DNA from: an uncultured Spirochaetota bacterium
GTDB lineage: Bacteria; Spirochaetota; Spirochaetia; SZUA-6; CAVTHK01
Length of the DNA stretch: 64,000 nucleotides
Reading direction: 5' to 3'
Assembly (NCBI GenBank): GCA_963734495.1
Contig: CAVTHK010000010.1
Coordinates: 32,001 to 96,000 of the forward strand
The translations under genes were made by a program, and so were the position numbers. The notes below the pieces were generated by a model, which was not told where the DNA came from, made no database searches, and saw only the letters and a program-made list of their open reading frames with translations. Shown here piece by piece: positions 53,981 through 64,000 of this stretch (within the stretch, counting starts at the first letter, position 1; every line of letters begins with the position of its first letter).

Positions 53981-54481
53981 ATGAAGGGGAAGGTGCGCCA
54001 GTCCAAGAGACCTCTCGTGCGGAACAAGAGCCCCCGCACGCGGTACCACAGCGAGTATGCCACGTGGATGATGATCAGGCAGAGGTGCCGGAACCGCAGG
54101 TGCAGGGACTACAAACGGTACGGGGGGCGGGGAATCACCGTCGCCAAGCGCTGGGACAGCTTCGATACCTTCCTCGATGACCTCGGGCCCAGACCCAAGG
54201 GCTATTCGCTGGTGCGCAAGAGTCCCGATGCCGACTTCTCGCCGAGCATGTGCTCCTGGCGGCCCCGGGCCGAGCAGCAGCGCCACAGATCCGCCAACAG
54301 GCTGACCGAGAAGGATGTCGCCCGCATCCGCGAGCGATACGCGGCGGGTGTTCGCCGCGCGGATCTCGCCCGCAGGTACGAAGTGAGCCTCTCGCACATC
54401 TGCCACATCATCGGCGGCACGAGGTGGAAGCCGGCGACGCCGCCGCGCAAGACGAAACGGCAAGGCGCTCGCAGGCGGTGA
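53981..54481 (+). CDS. Phage-type YGGRGI HNH-like protein with C-terminal HTH, catalytically degenerate
   Basis: WMMIRQRC...YKRYGGRGITV...DLGPRP; LTEKDVARIR...LARRYEVS...ICHII...W. Confidence 0.75.
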   Translation: MKGKVRQSKRPLVRNKSPRTRYHSEYATWMMIRQRCRNRRCRDYKRYGGRGITVAKRWDSFDTFLDDLGPRPKGYSLVRKSPDADFSPSMCSWRPRAEQQRHRSANRLTEKDVARIRERYAAGVRRADLARRYEVSLSHICHIIGGTRWKPATPPRKTKRQGARRR

Positions 54482-54554
54482 TGGGCGGTGGGGGACTCGA
54501 ACCCACGACCTTCTGGGTGTAAACCAGGCGCTCTACCAGCTGAGCTAACCGCCC
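54482..54554 (-). tRNA. tRNA-Val(TAC), CCA not encoded
   Basis: GGGCGGT-TA-GCTCAGCTGGTAGAGC-G-CCTGG-TTTACAC-CCAGA-AGGTC-GTGGGTTCGAGTCCCCC-ACCGCCC-A cloverleaf. Confidence 0.93.
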
Positions 54555-54702
54555 GAATCGGTCCCGAGGCTAACACGCGGCCCGCGGGCGGTCAACGCAG
54601 ACGAAATGCCGGCGTGAGCGGAACCGCCCGAGGACTTTTCTCCAATCTCGCGAAAACCCCGATTCCCTTGCGCCGGTTGTGGAGAGGTGCTATAATCAGC
54701 AT

Positions 54703-55068
54703 GTGCCGACAGCCGTGCGCTCAGCGAAGATTCTCATCGTGGAAGACGAGTACCTCATTGCCCTTGACGAGCAGAACAGGTTGCTGTCGATGGGCTTCGA
54801 GAACGTGGTCCTCACGAGCTCAGGCGAGCTCGCGCTCGACCGGGTGCGCGTCGAGTGCCCGGACCTCGTCCTGATGAACCTCAGCCTGGCCGGCAAGATG
54901 ACCGGCGCGAGCGCGGCGGAGCTCATTCGCAGGCAGTGCAAGGCCGCGATCGTCTTCGTGTCCGCGTACTCGCCCGAGCGCACGGGAGTCCATCGCGGCG
55001 ACCTCTTCCTCAGGAAGCCGTTTACGGACCAGGCGTTCCGCAAAGCGATCGAAAGCGCCCTTCAATAG
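54703..55068 (+). CDS. Single-domain receiver protein with Asn at the phospho-acceptor position
   Basis: ILIVEDE, PDLVLMNL, FVSAY, RKPF; promoter TTGCGC-17-TATAAT ends 6 nt before the GTG. Confidence 0.8.
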   Translation: MPTAVRSAKILIVEDEYLIALDEQNRLLSMGFENVVLTSSGELALDRVRVECPDLVLMNLSLAGKMTGASAAELIRRQCKAAIVFVSAYSPERTGVHRGDLFLRKPFTDQAFRKAIESALQ

Positions 55069-55120
55069 CCGCCCGCGGAGGCCGGGCGCCACGACGCCGC
55101 CCCCGCCGCGAGCGCCCGGC

Positions 55121-55579
55121 TCAGATCGCGAAGTCCTGCCCCTGCTTCACGCCCTGCGAAAGCTTCTCTCCGCCTTCCTCGAGGATGTCTTTGAGGGTGA
55201 GCCCCGAAAGGAATTCGTTGATCACGTTGTTGAACTTGTGCCAGGTGTGCGTGAGGTGACAGGTTTCCGTGCGCGCGCACCGCTCCGGATCGTGAGGGTC
55301 GGTGCACGGAGCCGGGAAAGTCGGCTCCCCCACCGCATCGAGTATGTCCTTGACCGACACCTCCGCGGGCTTGCGGTTCAGGACGAAACCGCCGCCGGGC
55401 CCGCGCACGGAAGAAATGATCCCCGACTTCTTGAGCTTGAAAAAGATCTGCTCCAGGAACTCGGGCGAGATCCCCTCGTCCGCCGCTATGGTCTTGATGG
55501 AGATGGGCCGGTTCGCGTAGGAGGCGGCAAGATTCAAGACGGCCCGCACTCCATACCGTCCCTTTGTGGTAAGTCTCAT
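55121..55579 (-). CDS. Rrf2 family regulator (IscR-like, three Cys)
   Basis: MRLTTKGRYG, FLEQIF, SVRGPGGGF, PC...RC...TCHLTHTW. Confidence 0.92.
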   Translation of the reverse strand: MRLTTKGRYGVRAVLNLAASYANRPISIKTIAADEGISPEFLEQIFFKLKKSGIISSVRGPGGGFVLNRKPAEVSVKDILDAVGEPTFPAPCTDPHDPERCARTETCHLTHTWHKFNNVINEFLSGLTLKDILEEGGEKLSQGVKQGQDFAI

Positions 55580-56520
55580 TCGTATAACCCCGTGCTTAAA
55601 TACTTGTCACCCCTGTCGGGGAATATGACTACAACGAGCTTTCCGGCGCTTTCCCGCCGCCGGGCTACGCGGCAGGCCGCATGGGCGGCCGCCCCCGAGG
55701 AAAACCCGGCTGCGATCCCCTCGGTCGAAGCCAGGCGCCGGCACATCTGCATGGCCTCCTCGTCGCGGACCGGCACGACCTCGTCGATGACGCCGCGGTC
55801 GAGGACGCGAGGCACGAAGCCCGGACCGAGGCCCTGGATCGCGTGGCGTCCGGGCTCCCTGCCGCAGAGCACCGCGGAGCCCGCGGGCTCGACGGCGACC
55901 ACCTTGACGCCGGGCTTCTTGCGCTTGAGGTACCGCCCCACTCCGCTCACGGTGCCGCCGGTACCGACGCCCGCGACCACGATGTCGACCTTCCCTTGCG
56001 TGTCATCCCAGATCTCGACGGCCGTCGTGCGCTCGTGGGTCCGCGGGTTCGCCCCGTTGCTGAACTGCTGGAGCATGAACCCGCGCGGCTGGCGCTCGAG
56101 GATCTCTTCGGCCTTCTCTATCGCGCCGCGCATGCCCATCTCACCCGGCGTGACCACGATCTCCGCCCCGTAGGCCCTGAGCAGCCTGCGCCGCTCGTCG
56201 CTCAGCGTGTCGGGCACGGTCAGGATCAGGCGATAGCCCCGGATCGCGCACAGGCAGGCCAGGCCGACGCCGGTGTTGCCGCTCGTCGGCTCGACGATCA
56301 CGCTGCCTTTGCGCGAGAAGACCCCGCGCGCTCCGCGTCCTCGATCATCGCGACGACGATCCGGTCCTTGATGCTTCCCGGTCGGGTTGCAGAACTCGAG
56401 CTTCGCCGCGATCCTCCCGTGGCCGCCCGGAGGAGAGCCGGTCGAGATAGACCATCGGCGTGCGCTCCGACGAGCTCTGCGACGTGCGCTGCGATCCTCT
56501 GCCGCATCCCCTTCTTCCAT
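55576..56520 (-). CDS. cysK: Cysteine synthase A (frameshifted)
   Basis: AAKLE.CNP..SIKDR, EPTSGNTG, AGVGTGGT, HAIQGLG, PDRGDKYLS. Confidence 0.9.
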   Translation of the reverse strand: MEEGDAAEDRSARRRARRSARRWSISTGSPPGGHGRIAAKLEFCNPTGKHQGPDRRRDDRGRGARGVFSRKGSVIVEPTSGNTGVGLACLCAIRGYRLILTVPDTLSDERRRLLRAYGAEIVVTPGEMGMRGAIEKAEEILERQPRGFMLQQFSNGANPRTHERTTAVEIWDDTQGKVDIVVAGVGTGGTVSGVGRYLKRKKPGVKVVAVEPAGSAVLCGREPGRHAIQGLGPGFVPRVLDRGVIDEVVPVRDEEAMQMCRRLASTEGIAAGFSSGAAAHAACRVARRRESAGKLVVVIFPDRGDKYLSTGLYE

Positions 56521-56589
56521 GACTTGGCGCCATCGCCAAGCCCCCTGGCCCCCTTTGGGGCTCCAGCCGCGTGGGCTACTCAGCGCGTG

Positions 56590-56619
56590 TATCTTAGCCC
56601 CTGCGTAAGATATCCGCAA
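56590..56619 (-). promoter_or_regulatory. cysK-rrf2 promoter with overlapping inverted repeat
   Basis: TTGCGG-17-TAAGAT; TATCTTA-N9-TAAGATA at 56590-56612. Confidence 0.6.
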
Positions 56620-56653
56620 GGGACCGCTCGCTTTTTTCGAGCCTCGGGCTGCC

Positions 56654-57894
56654 TCAGCGCGGACCGGCCACGCGCCTCAGGAGCATCGCCCGGAAGCCGC
56701 GGCGCCGCTGATCGCGCAGCACCCGGAAGCGCGGATCCAGGCCGCCGATCCTCGCGACCGCCCCGCTCGGGCCGCGAAACGAGCAGAAGCCCGCCCGGCC
56801 GCACGAGCCGCTCGGCGTTCGCCGCAAAGCGCGCCTGCCAGCGCCAGCCCGGGTCGTCGTCGGGCGAGAACGCCACGAAATCGGCCTCGCGCTCCACGAG
56901 GAAATAGAAGGGAAGGTGAAGGGTTTCGATCCGCCCTGCCGCCGCGCCCGCGGCGAGGGCGTTCACGCGCGAGACCTCCAGCGAGAGCAGATCGCGGCCT
57001 GCGAGCACGAGGGCCGACGGCCGCGCCGCGTCCGAGCAGCGCTGCCGGCGAGATGGCCCTGCCCCGGCCGCCAGAACCCCCACACGCCCTCGGGGCGTTC
57101 GTCTCCCAGCGTCTCCAGCGCCGAGCTCCTGCTCGTAGCTCGGCGTGTCGAAGTCCGGCAGCCCGTAGACCGTCGTCATCTCGTAGCGCGGCGCCTCCGG
57201 CCTCGAAGCGCCCCGCGTGCCGCAGGAACGGCGCCAGCCACGCCGCGGACGCCCGCGTCGTCTGCCCCTCCCGCGTAGTGGTAGACGACGTGCTCGCGCG
57301 TCTCCTCGGTGAAGCAGCACTTCCCGCCCCTGCGCCCCGATGGCGGAGCGGATCAGCTCCTTGAGCGGCGTCACGACGACGACGGCGACGCGGCCGCCCG
57401 GCCGCACCAGCGCGGCGAGCCGGCGCACCAGCGCCTCGAGAACCGGGTGACCCGCCTTGGCCGGCAGGTTGGAGACCGCCAGGTCGTAGGGGCCGCCGAC
57501 GCGCGCGTCGAGCACGAGGCTGCCAAAGGGGCGCACGCCGGCGGCTGCGTTGAGACGGGCGTTGGCGGCGGTGAGCGCGACGGCGAGGGCGTCGCGGTCG
57601 ACGGCGTCCACAGTCAGTGCCGGGATACGCGGCAGCCAGCGCCGAGCGCGAGCACGCCCGTGCCGCAACCCGCGTCGAGCGCGGACCGCGGCGGCCGCGA
57701 GGTCCGCCTCGCTGCGCGAGGGTCTTGAGGAGCAGCCGAGAGCCCGTGTCGACGTCGAAGCTGCTGAAGAGGGACTGCGAGAGATCGAGCGAGAGGCGGG
57801 CGCTGGAGAACCGGAACGAGACCCGCTTGTTGACGATGCCTTCCGGGAGGCCGCCGCCGTCGCCAGCGCGGCCTTCCGGCTGCGGCGCCGTCAG
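56654..57894 (-). CDS. Class I SAM-dependent methyltransferase, RsmC/MTS-like (frameshifted; start uncertain)
   Basis: [39 protein letters not shown]. Confidence 0.75.
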
Positions 57895-58454
57895 TTCACG
57901 CGCTCCACGTATTCGCCGGTCTCGGTGTTGATGAGGATCTTGTCGCCCTCCTTGATGAAGAGCGGGACCCTGACGCTGTACCCGGTTTCGATCGTGACGG
58001 GCTTGGTGGCGCCCGTGGCAGTGTCGCCCTTGAGCCCGACATTCGCCTCGCGTGACCGTGAGGACGACCTTGAACGGGCACCTTGATGTCGATCGCCTTG
58101 CCTTCGTAGACGATCAGGTCGTAGGTCGAGCCTTCCTTGAGCCAGTTCTGGCGGTCCTCGAGGCCTTCCTTCTCGACCGCCATCTGCTCGAAGCTCTCGT
58201 TGTCCATGAAGTGGAAGCTCTCGTCGTCGGCGTACATGTACTGCGCCGGCCGCATGTCGACCTGGATGTCCTCGACGTTGTCAGGGGTCTTGAAGGTCTG
58301 CTGGATGCTGCGTGCCGGTCTTCAGCCCCTTCATCCGCAGACGGACAAAGGCCTGACCCTTGCCGGGGTTGACGAATTCGCGCTCGACCACGAGACAGGG
58401 CTCTTCCTTGATCAGAAGGAACATGCCCTTGCCTATCTGACCCGCCTTGATCAC
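57891..58454 (-). CDS. efp: Elongation factor P (frameshifted)
   Basis: [48 protein letters not shown]. Confidence 0.95.
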
Positions 58455-59430
58455 GTGTCTTCCTCCAGGGAGAACTCGGAGAACGAGTACGACATCACAC
58501 CTTCTACTTGATTTAGGCCGGAGAGTAGCATGAAGAGCCGATCCATGCCAAGGGCGACGCCGGAGCATCGCGGGAAAGCGGCCGTCGAAGACCTCGAGCA
58601 GCCCGGTGTCGGGCGGGTGCGCGACGCGGCGCCCGGTCCTTGCGCGCGCTCTCGTCTGCGAAGAGCTCCTCGAGCCGCGCGCGGTCGGTCTCCTCGGTAA
58701 AGCAGTTGGCCATCTCGACGCCGCCGACGTACAGCTCCCATCGCTCGGCCCAGAGCCCGCGCGCGCGGGCGAGCGTCGGCACGCCGCTCGGCCAGTCGGT
58801 GAGCAGCAGCGGCCGGCCGCGGGGAGGCCGCGGCTCGACCCCGACACGAGCAGCCTGTTGAAGAGCTGCTCCCACGTCTCGTCGTCGGCGGCGTCTCGCC
58901 GCACTCCCGCGCCGCGGCGAGGAGCGCCCCCCGCTCCTGCAGCCGCTCGAGGTCGAGGCCCGCCAGGCTGCGGAACGCGTCGTTCATCGAGAGCCGCAGG
59001 CAGGGCGGCGTCGCCGTCCGCGGCCCGCCCCCAGGGCGGCGAGCAGGTACGCGAGCAGCTCGTCGGTCAGGTCCGCGGAGTCCATGTAGTCGGCGTCCAC
59101 CGTGTACCACTCGAGCATCGTGAACTCGGGGTTGTGGTAGCGGCCGAGAGCCTCGAAGTTGCGAAAGGACTTGCAGATCTGGAAGAGGCTGCCGGAGCCG
59201 CGCGCCAGGAGCCTCTTCATCCAGAGCTCGGGCGACGGGACGAGAAAGAGCTCACGGGCGGCGAGGCAGCGCGGGTCGATCCACTCGGTGCGGAAGACCT
59301 CGAGCGCCGGCTCGGGGATCAGGGCGGGCGCAAGCAGCGGCGTCTCGACCTCGAGATAGCCCCTCTCGAGAAAGAAGCGGCGCGACCTCCTGGTAAAGCG
59401 CGCCCGGCTGCGCAGGAGCTCGACATCCAT
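58451..59430 (-). CDS. epmA: EF-P lysine aminoacylase (GenX/PoxA; frameshifted)
   Basis: YLEVETP, PSPELWMKRLL, FRNFE...HNPEFTMLEWY, EMANCFTE, GVALGMDRL. Confidence 0.9.
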
Positions 59431-59455
59431 GGGTTCGCGCCTGCCGGCCCCGGGC

Positions 59456-60813
59456 CTACAGGCGCTCCATCGTGAGGGCGCTTCCCGGCGGACGCCCGGC
59501 GCGGGTCCTCGCGGGAGACCCGCTCCACGCGCTCGCGCAGGTCGCGCAGCCCGTTGAGCGCGATGCCCGCGCAGGCCGGCGACGCGCACGTTCGGCTCGG
59601 GTTGTCGAGAAAGCGCTCGAAGAGGCCCCGCGACGCCCCGATGACCGGCGGCCAGGCGGGACGCGGTCTGCTCGACGATGCGGTTCGTCGTGCTCGTGAC
59701 GGCCCCATTCGGCGGCGACGACCTTCTCGATGGCGTCGACGCTCCCCTCGAGGTCGTGCCCCAGCAGCGCGTCGAGGCGCGGCCATGCGGATCTCGAGGC
59801 TCGCCGCCGGCGGACGCGTACAGCTCCGCCACGTGTCCGGCGCGTCCCGCGTCGCCTATCCGGCCGAGCGCCTCGATCGCGTCCAGCCTGACCCGCGGCA
59901 CCGGATCGCGCCGGGCCTTGTACGCGAGGATCGCGACGGCTCCGCGCTCCTTGCGCTCGGCGAGTGCCTTGCAGCCGGTGCTTCGCACGCGCCAGTTGGA
60001 GTCCTTGAGGGCCTGCTCGAGCAACTTCGCTCACGCCGGGCTCGTCGAAGCGACCGAGGGCCGACGCGGCATGAGCGCGCAGCAGCGCGTCGTCCTCGGC
60101 GAACAGCGCCCGCAGCAGCGGGCACCGCCCGCGGGTCGCCGAGCCGCCCCAGGCTGTCGGCCGCGTACATGCGCCACGTCTTGTCCTGGGAGCGGTCTCG
60201 ACGATGGTGGCCAGCTCGTCAAAGGCGGGCGCGTAGCGCAGCGCCCCGAGCGACGAGGATCATGTCCGGCTTGAGCTCGGCGGGCGTGCGGTCGTCCCGG
60301 AGCTTGCGCGAGCAGGAGCTCGCCCGCGCCCGGGTCCGTCTTGAGGGCGCGCACCGCAGTCCCGGCGACCGCCAGGTCGTCGCTGTCGGTGAGCCGCCGA
60401 GCCGCGGCGGGCGAGCCCGCTCGAGCCGATCGCCGCGAGGTAGCGCAGCGATCGCGACGGTCAGGTCGTCGCCCGCCGCCGGGTCGGCGCGAGAGGCGCC
60501 AGCGCCGGCCTGCTCGCCCGCCCGCTCCTCGAGCACGCCGAGGTAGTCGAGCACCTTGACGCGCACCTGGTCGGAGCGCGAGCGCGCGACGAGCCGCACC
60601 ATCTCGGGCACGAGCGCGGTCTCGTGCGCCGCTCTGCATGGCGTCGAGGACCGCGATGATCTCGTCGTCGATGCCGTAGGAGAGGCGTGTCGCGCCACTC
60701 GCTCGACGCAGGCTCCGCGCCCCTTCCCTGCGCGGGCGCCCGCTGCCTGCCCGAAGACGGCGAGCGCGGCCGCGAGCAGCGAGGCGCGCAGGGCGGCGCG
60801 GGCGCGCGCTCAT
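59456..60813 (-). CDS. HEAT-repeat protein (heavily frameshifted)
   Basis: YGIDDEI; RMYAADSLGRLGD; LKDSNWRVR; RDPVPRVRLDAIEALG. Confidence 0.7.
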
Positions 60814-62396
60814 CCGCGCCTCCGCCCCGAGCAGGTCGCGCGCGGCCTGCACGCGGAGGCCGCGGTAGACGAGCAGCGTGACGCCGGCGAACAGCGCGAA
60901 CCCGGCCAGCACGAGGCCGAGCCGCGCGCCGCACGGCCGCCGCGGCCGCGCGCGCAGGCGGTCAGCGCGCGGAAGCCCAGCAGCGCGAGCGTCGGCAGGC
61001 AGCATCCCTGCCGCGACCCGCGCAGCCTCCAGCGCCAGCCGCCTGCCGTCGATGCGGCGGCCGAGCCGCGCGCGCGCGGAGGCCACGAGCAGGACGAGCC
61101 CGACGGTGAACGCCGAGGAGTTGGCAACCGCGAGCCCCACCACGCCCAGCGCCGTCCCCTTGAGCCAGATCGAGAGGCCCGACGTCGACGGCCACGACCA
61201 CGACCGCGGCGGTCCAGAGCGGGGTGCCGGAAGTCGTGCAGCGCGTAGAACAGGCGCTGCAGGAACGTGAACAGCCCGACGCTCGCGAGCCCTACGGAGT
61301 AGCCGGTGAGCACGCGCGCGGTGAGGTCCGGTGGCGGCGGACGTGAAGGCTCCCCGCTGGTAGGCGACCTCGATCATCGACCGGCCCTCGAGGAGGAAGA
61401 AGACCGCGGCCGGCACGAGCAGGGCGCCGAGCAGGCGCATCCCGTAGCTCGTCGACTCGCGCAGCGCGTCGGTGTCGCCGTCGGCGGCCTGGCGGCTCAT
61501 GCGCGGGAACAGCACCGTGGTCACCGAGGCGGACAGCACGCCGAAGGGAAGCTGCCAGAACACGACGGCGTAGCTCATGGCGGACGCGCTGCCTTCGGCC
61601 AGGCCGCTGGCAAAGCGCAGGGCCACGAGCTGGTTGACCGCGTAGATGGACGAGGTGGCGACAAAGGGCACCCAGAGCTCGCAGCACGCGGCGCAGCTCG
61701 GGCGACAGCCAGCGCCGCGCGGGCAGCAGGCGGTAGCCGAGGCGGGCCGCGAACGGGACCTGGGCGACGAGCTGCACGATCGCCGCCCGAGAGCACGCCG
61801 ACCGCGAGGCTGTAGATGCCGAGCGACCGGTGCAGCATCAGCAGCGCGGCGATCACGCAGAAGGAGAAGAACAGCGGGCGTGAGGGCGGGCAGCACGAAA
61901 CGGTTGTGCGTGTTGAGCGCCCCCATCAGGATCGCGCTGAGGCTCACCAGGATCAGGTACCAGGCGATCCAGCGGAAGAGCCCGGCCGCCAGCTCGAGCT
62001 GCTCCGCGGACTCGAACTCCGTGAAGAGCCCGACGGCCTGCCGCGGGAACAACGGACGGCCAGGACCAGCAGCGGGACGAGCGTCACGAGCAGGAAAGTC
62101 ACGACCTCGCGGAAGAGGCGCCCCGCGGCGTGGCCGCCCGCCCTGGCGGTCCTCCCTGACCACGAGCTCGGACAGCACCGGGATGAACGCGGAGGACAGC
62201 GCGCCCTCGGCCATGAGCTTGCGGAGCGTGTTGGGGATGTTGAACACGGCGTTCAGCACGTCGGCTTCGCCGGTGGCGCCGAAGAGGGCGGCGATGATCG
62301 CGTTCTTGACGAACCCGAGCAGCCGTGTCGTCATGCGTGCACGCCATGACGACGGCGCTCGTGAGCCGCGCTGCGGCGGAGGGTGGTGTCTGCTAT
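60810..62396 (-). CDS. murJ: Lipid II flippase MurJ (frameshifted; start uncertain)
   Basis: RLLGFVKN, FNIPNTLRKLMAEGALSSAFIP, QLPFGV, QRGAF. Confidence 0.9.
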
Positions 62397-63176
62397 GGCC
62401 GTCCTCCCGGGCTTCCCGAATCGAACGCCAGCTCCGCGGGCACGCCGCCGCCGGCTTCCTCGACCCTCACGGTCCAGCGGCCGGGGCCGGGGACCAGCCA
62501 GCACGCTCGCCTCGCGGCCCGGCGAGAGGCTCAGGCGGCGCGCGAGCACCTCTTTCCCGTCGACGAGAGCGCGCACCGTGACCGGGCTGACCGCGCCCCG
62601 GCGGCGCTCGACACGGCGAACTGCAGCGGCGTCCCGGCGGCCACCGGCGCCGCGAGCGAGGCCCGGACCGGGTCCCCGTCGATGCGCATCACGAAGCGGC
62701 CGGGGCCGGCGACGAGGAGACGGCGCGCCTCGAGGAAGCGGTCGCGGTAGTACGGCTCGTCCATCGACGAGACGATCACGCCCGTGGCCGGGCCCCTCGG
62801 ACGCGGCGTGCACGAACGACCGCCCGTCGAGCGCGATGCCCACGTGCGACGGCCCGCCCGTCGTGTCGAAGAACAGCAGGTCCCCCGCCCGCGGCGCGCC
62901 TTCGATCCGCTCGCCCCGCTCGATCAGCCCGGCCACCGTGCGCGGGCAGCTTCTCGCCCGCCGCGGCCGCGTAGACCGCGCACACGAGGCCCGGAGCAGT
63001 CGACGCCGTTCGCGTCGATGCCCGCGTCGCGGTACGGGCACGCCGCGGTATCCGAGCGCCTCGGCCGCCACGCGGCGGCCGCCTTCATCCACATATTCGA
63101 CGTTCGCCCCGAACGCTGGTGCCATGGCCGCGGCCATCGCTGCCGCCAGGGCGGTCCGAACGAGGGTCCGTTTCAC
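62393..63176 (-). CDS. NlpC/P60 family cell-wall peptidase (frameshifted)
   Basis: GVPY...GVDCSGLV, GDLLFF, SHVGI, FVHAAS. Confidence 0.85.
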
Positions 63177-64000
63177 GCCGCTCCTCCCGTTTCGATTGTC
63201 GGCATCACGGCTCCCCCCGGGGCGCCGGTCGACGAAGGCGCCGGCTGAAGGCCCCGAAGCGCGCCTCGCGGATGGCCCGCCGCGCCTCTGCGATCATGTC
63301 CTGGATGAACCGCAGGTTGTGCTGCGTCGTGAGGACGGCGGCCAGAATCTCCTTCGCCTTGAACAGGTGCCTCAGGTACGACCGCGAGGCCGTCCGGCAG
63401 GCGTAGCAGCCGCACTCGGGATCGATCGGCCGCTGGTCGAGCCGGTTCTTCTCCAGCCTGAGGTTGAGGTTGCCCGTCGCGGGTCAGCGCCAGCGCGTTG
63501 CGGGCCGTCCGCGTGGGGTAGACGCAGTCGAACAGGTCGATCCCCTCCTCCACCGCCTGGAGAATGTACTCCGGAGTCCCTATGCCCATCACGTACCGCG
63601 GCCGGTCCGCCGGAAGCAGCGCCGCGGTAAACGCGAGCATCTCGCGGAAGCGGCCCGGCTCCTCGCCGACGGAGAGCCCCCCGATGGCGCACCCCGGCAG
63701 GTCGAGCGCGACGATCTCCTCGGCGCTGCGCCGACGCAGGTCGCGAAGAAGTTGCCCTGCACGATCCCGAAGAGCTCACCGGGCTCGCCTGGCTCGCGCG
63801 GCCCGCCATGCTCGCCGGGCTCGCCGCGGCGCTCCAGCCAGCGCGCGCGGCTGCGCCGCGCCCAGCGCGTCGTCTGCGCCGCCGCCTCCTCGGCCTCGTC
63901 GCGGCCGATCCCCGGCGGCGTGCACACGTCGAGCGGCATCATCACGTCGCTGCCGAGGCTCACCTGCGCGTCGATGACGTCCTCGGGCGTGAGATTGTGC
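63173..64000 (-). CDS. tgt: Queuine tRNA-ribosyltransferase (5' part outside window; 3' end approximate)
   Basis: GSDVMMPLDVC, FGIVQG, IGGLSVGE, RYVMGIG, DLFDCVYPTR, CGCYAC, HNL. Confidence 0.93.

Noticed and set aside
53981-54554. Prophage or integrative element at tRNA-Val
   Set aside because: No integrase, structural genes or duplicated att site found in the window.
57891-59430. epmA-efp without epmB
   Set aside because: epmB is often encoded elsewhere, so its absence from one window is uninformative.

Overview
Very GC-rich bacterial chromosomal segment, most plausibly from a free-living Spirochaetota. This is inferred from the tgt-NlpC/P60-murJ-HEAT-epmA-efp block, a DUF5312-like gene, NfeD plus two tandem SPFH genes and spirochete-style signal peptides. 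Many genes, including housekeeping ones (trxB, efp, tgt, cysK, murJ), are broken by single-base indels. That pattern fits uncorrected long-read assembly errors better than true pseudogenes, so I stitched genes across frames and many boundaries are approximate. The window holds about 57 CDSs, one tRNA-Val(TAC), no rRNA, no CRISPR array and no recognisable transposase or integrase. Most notable: (1) a three-gene cassette at 37.0-42.4 kb encoding a triple beta-barrel/transglutaminase/TPR protein, an Ig-like lipoprotein and an RRE-like plus GT-A-like fusion enzyme; (2) an intergenic array of hairpins with variable stems and a constant GCG-AGTA-CGC core at about 9.26-9.39 kb, with a related copy at 5.46 kb; (3) many sigma70-type promoters whose -10 box lies 6-10 nt from the start codon, implying leaderless or near-leaderless mRNAs; (4) a two-GH51 furanoside catabolic cluster with an isomerase/PfkB/class II aldolase route; (5) a catalytically degenerate HNH-HTH gene whose stop codon occupies the CCA position of tRNA-Val.
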